Origin: Eledone cirrhosa
Taxonomy: Eukaryota
Assembly: GCA_964016885.1 (NCBI GenBank)
Contig: OZ024741.1
Span: 102,858,001-102,922,000 of the forward strand
Direction: 5' to 3'
Length of the DNA: 64,000 nt
The position numbers and the translations under genes are program-made. Positions 34,201 to 46,100 of this stretch are shown here, one piece after another. Every line of letters begins with the position of its first letter. Position 1 is the stretch's first letter. The notes beneath the pieces are model-generated. The model made no database searches, was not told the DNA's origin, and worked only from the letters and a program-made list of their open reading frames with translations.

Positions 34201-37152
34201 GTCTATGAAGCCTATCTAAGTCAAGCACACAGATCACGAATTTGTGGTCCGTGTAGCTGACTATCTTGAATTGTGGACAGCCTATGCTAGACCTATCTAT
34301 TTCCCTACAAAATACTCTATCTAGATATGATCTGGATGACCCTATGCGATTTGTCCAAGTCCACATTGGTACATTCGGGAAATCCATTCGGTACCTGTCA
34401 GACAGTTCAAAACGTCTGAGCAGGTTGGTGAGACTCTTGCACCCTCCTTCCCTATCCACTAATCCCACACAATCCCAGCGTGCATCTAAGATCCCGTTCC
34501 AGTCGCCCACTAACACTAAAGAGCGGGACGTTCCAAGAAAGGTCTCCAGACGCCGGAAGAAAACAGGCCGCCCTGCTCCTGTCGGGGCATAGACGGCCAC
34601 TAGCCTGAAAGATTGTCCGTCTCCGCTGGTCACGTCCAGCACCACCAACTTACCCTCTGGGTCCAGGAAGATGGCCCGTATGGCAAGATCCAAACCTCTC
34701 CGAAAAAGCACAGCAACTCCTCCCCCCGATCCCGGGCGGCTGGGAGATGCGTACACATCGTAGCCGCCGAAGATCGGTGCGAAAGCCTGTGCTTCGGAGA
34801 TTCTGGTCTCGCTGATGGCCACTACATCTATGTTTAGTGACCTGAGGTCGTTGAGCAGGTGGCCCTGCTTCCATGACGACCCCAAGCCACGCGCATTTAT
34901 GCTGCCTATTCTGAGTGAGGTCATGTTGAAAAGGAGTGGAAAAGATGGGAAAGACCACTTACCTTACTTCTCGTAGGGGAAGGACGGCTTTTCCATCCTT
35001 TTCACTGCTTGTGGCCTCCTCAGGAAGGATGTCCTTATAAATCCTCCTGGAGAGTGCTTGTCGGAAGTCTCCGATGTCTTTGGGGAATTTTTGTTTTAGT
35101 GTCATGTACGTTTTCTGTGTGATGCGAGTGATTTGTATGTGTGGAGGTGGTGTGAATTTTGGGGTTGTTGTGTAGTCTTTTTCTGTGATGCTGGTGTTGT
35201 GTTGGATGTAGTGTAATAATTGCTTGTTGTTCAAATTTAATGCTGTGTAGTGTGTATCGTTTTGGTTGTTTTGTTTTGTTTGCGTTTGTTGTGGGTTTGT
35301 TTCTGTTTCGCATTTTGGTGACTTTTGTGGTGTAGGTGATGGTGGTGTTGGAGTTAATGATGGTGATGGTGTTGGTGTTTGGGTTGATGGGGTTGATGAT
35401 GCTGGTGTGGATGGTGGCATATCTGTCCTAACTTTTTTGTTTCTTAGTTTATTTGTTTCCCTCTGTATTTTGTTTTTGGAGGGGGAAGGAAGAGAATTTT
35501 TTCTTTTTTGGTTTCATTTTTCTTCTTCCGGATATCGTTTCCCACTCCTCGTCGTCACAATCTGTCTCCAGTTGTGATAGGCCGGGGAGTGGAAAATCCT
35601 CCACAGCCGTTAGTTTTGGTTGTGGTGTGGTGGATGGTGTAGGCGCTGGTGCTAGTTCTGAAGCGTTGGGTGGTGGTGGTGTTGGTTTTGCTGGTGGTGG
35701 TAGTGGTGTTGGTTTTGCTACTGTTGCTGGGGTTGTTGCTGTTATAGTTTCTTCTGTTGTTGCTGCTACAGTTGTTGCTGCCATCTCTGCTACTGGTGGT
35801 GTTGATGGTTGTGTCACTGTGGTGGGTAGGAGAGGTGGCCTCAACCTTTTAGCCTGAGGGCAGAAAGCCCTTAGGTGGGTTCCTTCACCACAAACGACAC
35901 ACCTAGGTCTTCTGCCCTCGACAATTACCGTGAGGTGGCTGCCGTCAGTGAGGTCTATTACCTCTGGGATCTCCTCAATGCTTTTTTGGTCCGCTTGGAT
36001 CAGGAGCTCCATCCCAGATCCGGACCAGTTTTCCTGCTTTTCTTTTGCTACTGCTATTATTTTCGTGTTGGCTTCGATGCCGGCGAGGACAGCCGCTATT
36101 AGCCAGGGAATTTCGATGGCCGGTGGAACGTGGGTCACCCTGATCTTTACGAGTCTCTGGCCACAATAGCTTGGGACGAGTGTGAGGTCGTCACTTTTTA
36201 ATGGGGCTATGGAGTGTTCTCTAGCCTCCTCTGGTGTTTCAAAGAACACATCCACGGTTCCATACTTTTGCCCACGTCTGATGTGGGTTTTTCTTGCCCA
36301 CACATGTCCCAAATCTTTTTGGATTTGGGACTCGGATGCCCGTTCCACTCGGCGCGATTTTACATTTATTGTTCTATACGACACGATGCACAGGCGCCGA
36401 TGCTCCATTTTATTAGGTGGGGGGGGGGGGGCTGACCCTGTACCCATCTTTCTTTACCATTTGTTTGGCATTTTCTAAATCTTCTTGAGTTACCGTGAAC
36501 GCTTCGAATTGTTTTGCTACGATGGCGAAACTGAGGGTCGGTTTTATAATGTCATTGTTGTTGTTGTTGCTATCGTTAATATTAATTTTAGTTTCAGTTG
36601 TGATGGTGACGTCAGTCGTCTTTGGTGGGGAAGAGTCCATTTTGCTTGATTTCATTTCGTCATCACGAGTTAATTTATTTTTTTCTTCTTTTGTTTCTGT
36701 TGTCGCGGTGGTGGTGGTGGTGGTGGTTGTCGCGGTGGTGGTGGTGGTGGAGGCTTTAACACCTGCAGTCATTGGTAATGGCGGGAAATGAATGTCTGCC
36801 TGAGACAAATTTAAAATGTTGCTACTGCTTATATTTTTTTTTGTGTTGGCAAACGTAGTAACATTTACAATGGTGGTGTCGGTGTGAGGTGTTATTTTGT
36901 GAGGAAGGCTTTCAGCTGCTTCGTGCAGAGGTGAAGTAGCCATTTTTTTTCAAAGAAATTGTTTGATAATAATAAAAGTTAAAATTTGGGGCACAAGGCC
37001 CCAATCTTTTTAGGTGTCCTTTTCGGAAAACAATGTACGTGTGCTTATAAACAGTTAACAATAAAATTTTCCATAAATGGCAATTTTTAAACAAACGGAA
37101 ATAACAAACCTTTGCGGAGCTCACGATAATACGATTTCCTACGTAGGTCGCC
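31262..37152 (-). mobile_element. Tx1-like element type b, full-length copy b1 (frameshifted)
   Basis: ORF2 split near 32910 with an early stop at 31563. ORF1 (ATG 36943, stop 34959) has frameshifts at G and T runs; knuckle CVVCGEGTHLRAFC. Confidence 0.92.
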
Positions 37153-37187
<35 letters not shown>

Positions 37188-37624
37188 TTTCTTTATTAAC
37201 CACAAGGGTTCACATAAAGTAGACATTAAGGACAGTACAGGACAATACAGGACGGTACAAATGGGCATTTCTGCGTGTAAAAAAAACAGAGGTTGAAATA
37301 AAATAACAAAGAAAAATTCCCCAATAGGGGGGAGACTTCCAAGGGACATTTGTGGAGAAAGCCCATTAAAAGACCACAGTGGCCCTGACCACCAGGGCAA
37401 GTGCCCTCTCCCAGTTTTCCACCTTTAATTTACAGACACATACTCAGAGAAGGCCCATTCATTCGGGCCATACTTGCTTCTCTCACCCATCTTTCAACAA
37501 AATGCTGGGAAGAGAGCACTTCCCTCTCTACCCTGATTTTCCTTTTCAAATGAAATTTGAAAAAGTTAATCAGGGCATCAACGAAGAGGTAAGTGCTCGT
37601 CTTCAGCCCTTTCAAACGTGTCCA

Positions 37625-40600
37625 CTATACTATCTCTTTCGCCATGGCCACCAGACAGATAAAAACTGCCTGCCCTTCCCGGCTAAAGGAAGGGGGCGGG
37701 GCAATCCTCACGATGGACTCAGCTGATAGCTGGATAGGTCCTACACGTGACAGCAGGTGTTCGACATAAACCCACAAGTCAGCAATGCTCGGACACTGGA
37801 CGAGTGCGTGCAGGACGGTTTCGTCGCCCTGCGCGCATCTCGGACATGCCCGGCTGACGGCACCTCCATGCCTGTAGAGTTTATCCCGAACTGGCAAAGC
37901 TCCTCGGTAGCACTGCCAGGCCAGGGATTTCTGGAAGTTGTCCATAGGCCCCGGCCCGAAAGTCCTTCCGAAGAGATTGGCTAGTTGATTTTCGTCGACG
38001 CCTAGAGTTTCTCCAAGTACGTCGTCGCTCTTCCCCTCCACTAATCCCCTATAGAACGCCAAGGTGGAGTTTCCACCGATCACATTGCCCGGTTGGTCGA
38101 GGGCTGTGAGCGCCTGAAGACATTCCAGTCTCCAAGCCCTCCCTCTCGGTCTTCGCTTGACCCAGGACTGCAGCTCCGTCAAGGAGACGAGCTGGGGAAA
38201 AACGTGTCTTGCAAACGGCGACCACACCTGATCACCGTCGAGGAAGAGGTGGAGATGTCGTAGCCTGAGCGCGTGTCTGCGCATCATCAGCCACGGCATG
38301 CCCAGCCCTCCACGTAGCGGGTGTTGACAGCAGATGGACCGCCTGACCATCGGAGCGCGTCCCTTCCACAAGAAGCGAAAGAGAAAACGCTCCAGCGCAG
38401 TCAGGCGGGGCTTAGGACAAGGTACGACGGTCAGGCGGTAGTAGATGACGGATGCGATGTACGCATTCGCCACCTCCGCTCGACCTTTCAGGGATAGCTT
38501 CCTCTCCGCCCATTTCTGGGTGAGAGAAGCCACCCTGCTCGTCACCTCGTCCCAGTTTTTGTCCGTCTGGAGGTCTGGACCGAACCAGACCCCTAGCAAT
38601 TTAACCGGTCCGTCCGTCCAGCGCCCGACGACGCTGTTGGACGGCATGGACCTGCCTCTCCAGGTGCCGAGCTGCAGGCCCACTGACTTTTCCTGGTTGA
38701 TTATTGCTCCTGTCACCGCTTCGTATTCTCTTAGTGTAGTGCCGATCGCCTCGATGTGTTTGGCGTTCGACACCACTACGGTGACATCGTCGGCATATGC
38801 TGACACGGATCTTCCGCATCCTAGTTCGCGCGGGACACCCCTCAACGTCTCCAGTTTGTGCAGTAATGGCTCGAGAGTCAATACGTACAATAGGGACGAG
38901 AGGGGACATCCTTGGCGGACCGAGCGCATGATGTTGAACGGTTCCGAAAGGTGACCGTTCACTCTCACTACAGAGCAGATGTCGCTGTGCATGGCAGCGA
39001 TCCAGCCTCTGAAGACGGGCCCAAAGCCAGCCGCCCTCAGGACTGCCGTTAGGTAACGATGGTCGACCCTATCGAAGGCTTTCGACTGATCTAAATTGAT
39101 CAAAGACCCACCCGTGCCAGGTTCCCTAGCTACCCTCTCTACGATGTATCGCATGAGGTGGAGGTTGTCGTGGATGGATCTGTCGGGAATGGCGCATGTC
39201 TGTGCCTCTCCCACCAGACCACCAACGACAAGCGCCAACCTCTTTGCTAGCACCTTGGCCAAAATCTTGAACTCTGTGTTTAGCAGAGTTATGGGCCTAA
39301 AATTATCTATGTTATCCCCCTTGTTCGGATCCTTTCTCAGCAGCGCCACCGCTCCTCGGCTCACAGAACTGGGAATTCTCCCGTTCTGTTGCCAGTTGCA
39401 GTAGACGTCCGCCAAGAGGCCTCCGAACAAGTTTGGCATTTGTACGTAAAGTTCATAGGGCAGACCATCCAAACCAGGCGATTTACCCCTTGTGCAACTA
39501 GTCATTGCATCCCGTACTTCAGCGGTTGTTATCGGCTTTTCGCAACACTCCGCCTCAGTGGCCGAAAGCCGCGGCAGTCCGTCGAGGTAGACACTAAAGT
39601 CCATCCCTCGATCCGGCCCGCCACTGCCCCCGAACAGTTGAGCGAAGTGTCGCTGAAAAGCTTCACACATTTGCCCGGGATCGAGTAGCATGCGCCCGTC
39701 GTGGTCCACCAAAGACCGGATCGTGGCTTTGTTGCCACGACACGCCTCCGCCACTCGGGCCCATTGAACGGCTTTCGTCCCCTCGTGTCTGAGAGCACGC
39801 ACCCTAGCTCTGACAACGCAGCCTTCGTGCTTTGCATTGAAGAATTGGTCAAGGGCCAATTTCGCCGCAAGTACGTCGGTCGCGATGCCTTTGCTAAGCG
39901 CCTCATCTAATTTTCTAACTAATTCTCCCTCTGCTCTATTTTTCTCTATTGCTAAAGTCTTACTAAACCTAATGGACTCTATTCTAATTGCTCTTTTCAG
40001 AGCAAACCACCACTTGTTGTTGACGATGTCCCCCGTCAACGCCCGCTTAACTAGTTCGCTAATCCGGTCTCTGTAGGCCTTGCGCGCTGGTAAGGACGCG
40101 TTTAGCTTCCAGTAGCCGGGTCCTCGTCTATGAAGCCTATCTAAGTCAAGCACACAGATCACGAATTTGTGGTCCGTGTAGCTGACTATCTTGAATTGTG
40201 GACAGCCTATGCTAGACCTATCTATTTCCCTACAAAATACTCTATCTAGATATGATCTGGATGACCCTATGCGATTTGTCCAAGTCCACATTGGTACATT
40301 CGGGAAATCCATTCGGTACCTGTCAGACAGTTCAAAACGTCTGAGCAGGTTGGTGAGACTCTTGCACCCTCCTTCCCTATCCACTAATCCCACACAATCC
40401 CAGCGTGCATCTAAGATCCCGTTCCAGTCGCCCACTAACACTAAAGAGCGGGATGTTCCAAGAAAGGTCTCCAGACGCCGGAAGAAATCAGGTCGCCCTG
40501 CTCCTGTCGGGGCATAGACGGCCACTAACCTGAAAGCTTGCCCGTCTCCGCTGGTCACGTCCAGCACCACCAACTTACCTTCTGGGTCCAGGAAGATGGC

Positions 40601-40849
40601 CCGTATGTCAAGATCCAAACCTCTCCGAAAAAGCACAGCAACTCCTCCCCCCGATCCCGGACGGCTGGGAGATGCGTACACATCGTAGCCGCCGAAGATC
40701 GGTGCGAAAGCCTGTGCTTCGGAGATTCTGGTCTCGTTGATGGCCACTACATCTATGTTTAGTGACCTGAGGTCGTTGAGCAGGTGGCCCTGCTTCCATG
40801 ACGACCCCAAGCCACGCGCATTTATGCTGCCTATTCTGAGTGAGGTCAT
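37625..40849 (-). CDS. ORF2 APE-RT of b2 (1074 aa; premature TGG>TAG removes the last ~65 aa)
   Basis: Same motifs as a2 ORF2; the frame continues past the stop to 37430. Confidence 0.85.
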   Translation of the reverse strand: MTSLRIGSINARGLGSSWKQGHLLNDLRSLNIDVVAINETRISEAQAFAPIFGGYDVYASPSRPGSGGGVAVLFRRGLDLDIRAIFLDPEGKLVVLDVTSGDGQAFRLVAVYAPTGAGRPDFFRRLETFLGTSRSLVLVGDWNGILDARWDCVGLVDREGGCKSLTNLLRRFELSDRYRMDFPNVPMWTWTNRIGSSRSYLDRVFCREIDRSSIGCPQFKIVSYTDHKFVICVLDLDRLHRRGPGYWKLNASLPARKAYRDRISELVKRALTGDIVNNKWWFALKRAIRIESIRFSKTLAIEKNRAEGELVRKLDEALSKGIATDVLAAKLALDQFFNAKHEGCVVRARVRALRHEGTKAVQWARVAEACRGNKATIRSLVDHDGRMLLDPGQMCEAFQRHFAQLFGGSGGPDRGMDFSVYLDGLPRLSATEAECCEKPITTAEVRDAMTSCTRGKSPGLDGLPYELYVQMPNLFGGLLADVYCNWQQNGRIPSSVSRGAVALLRKDPNKGDNIDNFRPITLLNTEFKILAKVLAKRLALVVGGLVGEAQTCAIPDRSIHDNLHLMRYIVERVAREPGTGGSLINLDQSKAFDRVDHRYLTAVLRAAGFGPVFRGWIAAMHSDICSVVRVNGHLSEPFNIMRSVRQGCPLSSLLYVLTLEPLLHKLETLRGVPRELGCGRSVSAYADDVTVVVSNAKHIEAIGTTLREYEAVTGAIINQEKSVGLQLGTWRGRSMPSNSVVGRWTDGPVKLLGVWFGPDLQTDKNWDEVTSRVASLTQKWAERKLSLKGRAEVANAYIASVIYYRLTVVPCPKPRLTALERFLFRFLWKGRAPMVRRSICCQHPLRGGLGMPWLMMRRHALRLRHLHLFLDGDQVWSPFARHVFPQLVSLTELQSWVKRRPRGRAWRLECLQALTALDQPGNVIGGNSTLAFYRGLVEGKSDDVLGETLGVDENQLANLFGRTFGPGPMDNFQKSLAWQCYRGALPVRDKLYRHGGAVSRACPRCAQGDETVLHALVQCPSIADLWVYVEHLLSRVGPIQLSAESIVRIAPPPSFSREGQAVFICLVAMAKEIV

Positions 40850-40883
40850 GTTGAAAAGGAGTGGAAAAGATGGGAAAGACCAC

Positions 40884-42870
40884 TTACCTTACTTCTCGTA
40901 GGGGAAGGACGGCTTTTCCATCCTTTTCACTGCTTGTGGCCTCCTCAGGAAGGATGTCCTTATAAATCCTCCTGGAGAGTGCTTGTCGGAAGTCTCCGAT
41001 GTCTTTGGGGAATTTTTGTTTTAGTGTCATGTACGTTTTCTGTGTGATGCGAGTGATTTGTATGTGTGGGGGTGGTGTGAATTTTGGGGTTGTTGTGTAG
41101 TCTTTTTCTGTGAGGCTGGTGTTGTGTTGGATGTAGTGTAATAATTGCTTGTTGTTCAAATTTAATGCTGTGTAGTGTGTATCGTTTTGGTTGTTTTGTT
41201 TTGTTTGCGTTTGTTGTGGGTTTGTTTCTGTTTCGAATTTTGGTGTCTTTTGTGGTGTAGGTGATGGTGGTGTTGGAGTTAATGATGGTGATGGTGTTGG
41301 TGTTTGGGTTGATGGGGTTGGTGATGCTGGTGTGGATGGTGGCATATCTGTCCTAACTTTTTTGTTTCTTAGTTTATTTGTTTCCCTCTGTATTTTGTTT
41401 TTGGAGGGGGAAGGAAGAGAATTTTTTCTTTTTTGGTTTCTTTTTTTTTTTCCGGATATCGTTTCCCACTCCTCGTCGTCACAATCTGTCTCCAGTTGTG
41501 ATAGGCCGGGGAGTGGAAAATCCTCCACAGCCATTAGTTTTGGTTGTGATGTGATGGATGGTGTAGGCGCTGGTGCTAGTTCTGAAGCGTTGGGTGGTGG
41601 TGGTGTTGGTTTTGCTGGTGGTGGTAGTGGTGTTGGTTTTGCTACTGTTGCTGGGGTTGTTGCTGTTATAGTTGCTTCTGTTGTTGCTGCTACAGTTGTT
41701 GCTGGCATCTCTGCTACTGGTGGTGTTGATGGTTGTGTCACTGGGGTGGGTAGGAGAGGTGGCCTCAACCTTTTAGTCTGAGGGCAGAAAGCCCTTAGGT
41801 GGGTTCCTTCACCACAAACGACACACCTAGGTCTTCTGCCCTCGACAATTACCGTGAGGTGGCTGCCGTCAGTGAGGTCTATTACCTCTGGGATCTCCTC
41901 AATGCTTTTTTGGTCCGCTTGGATCAGGAGCTCCATCCCAGATCCGGACCAGTTTTCCTGCTTTTCTTTTGCTATTGTTATTATTTTCGTGTTGGCCTCG
42001 ATGCCGGCGAGGACAGCCGCTATTAGCCAGGGAATTTCGATGGCCGGTGGAACGTGGGTCACCCTGATCTTTACGAGTCTCTGGCCACAATAGCTTGGGA
42101 CGAGTGTGAAGTCGTCACTTTTTAATGGGGCCATGGAGTGTTCTCTAGCCTCCTCTGGTGTTTCAAAGAACACATCCACGGTTCCATACTTTTGCCCACG
42201 TCTGATGTGGGTTTTTCTTGCCCACACATGTCCCAAAGCTTTTTGGATTTGGGACTCGGATGCCCGTTCCACTCGGCGCGATTTTACATTTATTGTTCTA
42301 TACGACACGGTGCACAGGCGCCGATGCTCCATTTTATTAGGTGGGGGGTTGAGGCTGACCCTGTACCCATCTTTCTTTACCATTTGTTTGGCATTTTCTA
42401 AATCTTCTTGAGTTACCGTGAACGCTTCGAATTGTTTTGCTACGATGGCGAAACTGAGGGTCGGTTTTATAATGTCATTGTTGTTGTTGTTGCTATCGTT
42501 AATATTAATTTTATTTTCAGTTGTGGTGGTGGTGACGTCAGTCGTCTTTGGTGGTGAAGAGTCCATTTTGCTTGATTTCATTTCGACGTCACGAGTTAAT
42601 TTATTTTTTTCTTCTTTTGTTTCTGTTGTCGCGGTGGTGGTGGTGGTGGTGGTTGTCGCGGTGGTGGTGGTGGTGGAGGGTTTAACACCTGCAGTCATTG
42701 GTAATGGCGGGAAATGAATGTCTGCTTGAGACAAATTTAAAATATTGCTACTGCTTATATTTTTTTTTTGTGTTGGCAAACGTAGTAACATTTACAATGG
42801 TGGTGTCGGTGTGAGGTGTTATTTTGTGAGGAAGTCTTTCAGCTGTTTCGTGCAGAGGGGAATTAGCCAT
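40884..42870 (-). pseudogene. ORF1 type b of b2 (one +1 frameshift, probably in the homopolymer at ~42760-42769)
   Basis: ATG at 42870 matches the b1 start; a 635-codon open frame 40884-42791 carries the CCHC knuckle. The frameshift may be a sequencing error. Confidence 0.75.
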
Positions 42871-43079
42871 TTTTTTTCAAAGAAATTTTTGGATAATAAT
42901 AAAAGTTAAAATTTTGGGCACAAGGCCCCAATCTTTTTGGGTGTCCTTTTCGTAAAACAATGTATGTGTGCTTATAAACAGTTTACAATAAAATTTTCCA
43001 TAAATGGCAATTTTTAAACAAACGGAAATAACAAACCTTTGCGGAGCTCACGATAATACGATTTCCTACGTAGGTCGCC

Positions 43080-43112
<33 letters not shown>

Positions 43113-43114
<2 letters not shown>

Positions 43115-46100
43115 TTTCTTTATTAACCACAAGGGTTTACATAAAGTAGACATTAAGGACAGTGCAGGACAATGCAGGACGGTACAAATGGGCATTTCTG
43201 CGTGTAAAAAACAAAAACAGAGGATGTAACAAAAATAACAATGAAAATAACAATGAAAAATTCCCCAATAGGGGGGAGACTTCGGAGGGACATTTGTGGT
43301 GAAAGCCCAGTAAAAAACCACAATGACCCTGACCACCAAGGCAAGTGCCCTCTCCCAGTTTTCCACCTTAAATTTACAGATATATACTCAGAGTAGGCCC
43401 ATTCACTCGGGCCATTCTTGCTTCTCTCACCCATCTTTCAACAAAATGCTGGGAAGAGAGCACTTCCCTCTCTACTCTAATTTTCCTTTTCAAATGAAAT
43501 TTGAAAAAGTCAATCAGAGCATCACCGAAGAGGTAAGTGCTCGTCTTCAGCCCTTTCAAACGTGTCCACCATACTATCTCTTTCACCATGGCCACCAGGC
43601 AGATAAAAACTGCCTGCCCTTCCCGGCTAAAGGAGGAGGGCGGGGCAATCCTCACGATGGACTCAGATGATAGCCGGATCCGTCCTAAACGCGACAGCAG
43701 GTGTTCGATATAAACCCACAAGTCAGCAATTTTCGGACATTGGACGAGTGCGTGCAGGACGGTTTCGTCGCCCTGCGCGCATCTCGGACATGCCCGGCTG
43801 ACGGCACCTCCATGCCTGTAGAGTTTATCCCGAACTGGCAAGGCTCCTCGGTAGCACTGCCAGGCCAGAGATTTCTGGAAGTTGTCCATAGGCCCTGGCC
43901 CGAAAGTTCTTCCGAAGAGATTGGCTAGTTGATTTTCGTCGACGCCTAGAGTTTCCCCAAGTACGTCATCGCTCTTCCCCTCCACTAATCCTCTATAGAA
44001 CGCCGAGGTGGAGTTTCCACCGATCACATTGCCCCCATTGGTCGAGGGCTGTGAGCGCCTGAAGACATTCCAGTCTCCAGGCGCTCCCTCTCGGTCTTCG
44101 CTTGACCCAGGACTGCAGCTCCGTCAAGGAAACGAGCTGGGGAAACACGCGCCTAGCAAACGGCGACCACACCTGATCACCGTCGAGGAAGAGGTGGAGA
44201 TGTCGTAGTCTGAGCGCGTGCCTGCGCATCATCAGCCACGGCATGCCCATCCCTCCACGTAGCGGGTGTTGACAACAGATGGACCGCCTGACCATCGGAG
44301 CACGTCCCTTCCAAAAAAAGCGAAAGAGCAAACGCTCCAGCGCAGTCAGGTGAGGCTTAGGACAAGGTACGACGGTTAGGCGGTAGCAGATGACAGACGC
44401 GATGTACGCGTTAGCCACCTTCGCTCGACCTTTCAGGGATAGCTTCCTCTCCGCCCATTTCTGGGTGAGAGAAGCCACCCTGCTCGTCACCTCGTCCCAG
44501 TTTTTGTCCGTCTGGAGGTCCGGACCGAACCAGACCCCTAGCAATTTACCGATCCGTCCGTCCAGCGCCCGACGACGCTGTTGGACGGCATGGACCTGCC
44601 TCTCCAGGTGCCGAGCTGCAGGCCCACTGACTTTTCCTGGTTGATCATTGCTCCTGTCACCGCTTCGTATTCTCTTAGTGTAGTGCCGATCGCCTCGATG
44701 TGTTTGGCGTTCGACACCACTACGGTGACATCGTCCGCATATGCTGACACGGATCTTCCGCATCCTAGTTCGCGCGGGACTCCCCTCAACGTCTCCAGTT
44801 TGTGCAGTAATGGCTCGAGAGTCAATACGTACAAGAGGGACGAGAGGGGACATCCTTGGCGGACCGAGCGCATGATGTTGAACGGTTCCGACAGGTGACC
44901 GTTCACTCTCACCACAGAGCAGATGTCGCTGTGCATGGCAGCGATCCAGCCTCTGAAGACGGGCCCAAAGCCAGCCGCCCTCAGGACTGCCGCTAGGTAA
45001 CGATGCTCGACCCTATCGAAAGCTTTCGACTGATCTAAATTGATCAAGGACCCACCCGTGCCAGGTTCCCTAGCTACCCTCTCTACGATGTATCGCATGA
45101 GGTGGAGGTTGTCGTGGATGGATCTGTCGGGAATGGTGCATGTCTGCGCCTCTCCCACCAGACCACCAACGACAAGCGCCAACCTCTTTGCTAGCACCTT
45201 GGCCAAAATCTTAAACTCTGTGTTTAGCAGAGTTATGGGCCGGAAATTTTCTATGTTATCCCCCTTGTTCGGATCCTTTCTCAGCAGTGCCACCGCTCCT
45301 CGGCTCACAGAACTGGGAATTCTCCCGTTCTGTTGCCAGTTGCAGTAGACGTCCGCCAAGAGGCCTCCGAACAAGTCTGGCATCTGTACGTAAAGTTCAT
45401 AGGGCAGACCATCCAAACCAGGCGATTTACCCCTTGTGCAGCCAGTCATTGCCTCCCTTACTTCAGCGGCTGTTATCGGCTTTTCGCAACACTTCGCCTC
45501 AGTGGCCGAGAGCCGCGGCAGTCCGTCGAGGTAGACACTAAAGTCCATCCCTCTACCCGGCCCCCCGCTGCCCCCGAACAGCTGAGCGAAGTGTCGCTGA
45601 AAAGCTTCACACATTTGCCCGGGATCGAGTAGCATGCGCCCGTCGTGGTCCACCAAAGACCGGATCGTGGCTTTGTTGCCACGACGCGCCTCCGCCACTC
45701 GGGCCCATTGAACGGCTTTCGTCCCCTCGTGTCTGAGAGCACGCACCCTAGCTCTGACAACGCAGCCTTCGTGCTTTGCATTGAAGAATTGGTCAAGGGC
45801 CAATTTCGCCGCCAGCACGTCGGTCGCAATGCCTTTGCTAAGCGCCTCGTCTAATTTTCTAACTAGTTCTCCCTCTGCTCTATTTTTCTCTATTGCTAAA
45901 GCCTTACTAAACCTAATCGATTCTATTCTAATCGCTCTTTTCAGAGCAAACCACCACTTGTTGTTGACGATGGCCCCCGTCAACGCCCGCTTAACTAGTT
46001 CGCTAATCCGGTCTCTGTAGGCCTTGCGCGCTGGTAAGGACGCGTTTAGCTTCCAGTAGCCGGGTCCTCGTCTATGAAGCCTATCTAAGTCAAGCACACA

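Larger units (their letters stand above)
37186..43079 (-). mobile_element. Tx1-like element type b, full-length copy b2
   Basis: Near-identical to b1; AAT on both sides. Confidence 0.93.
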
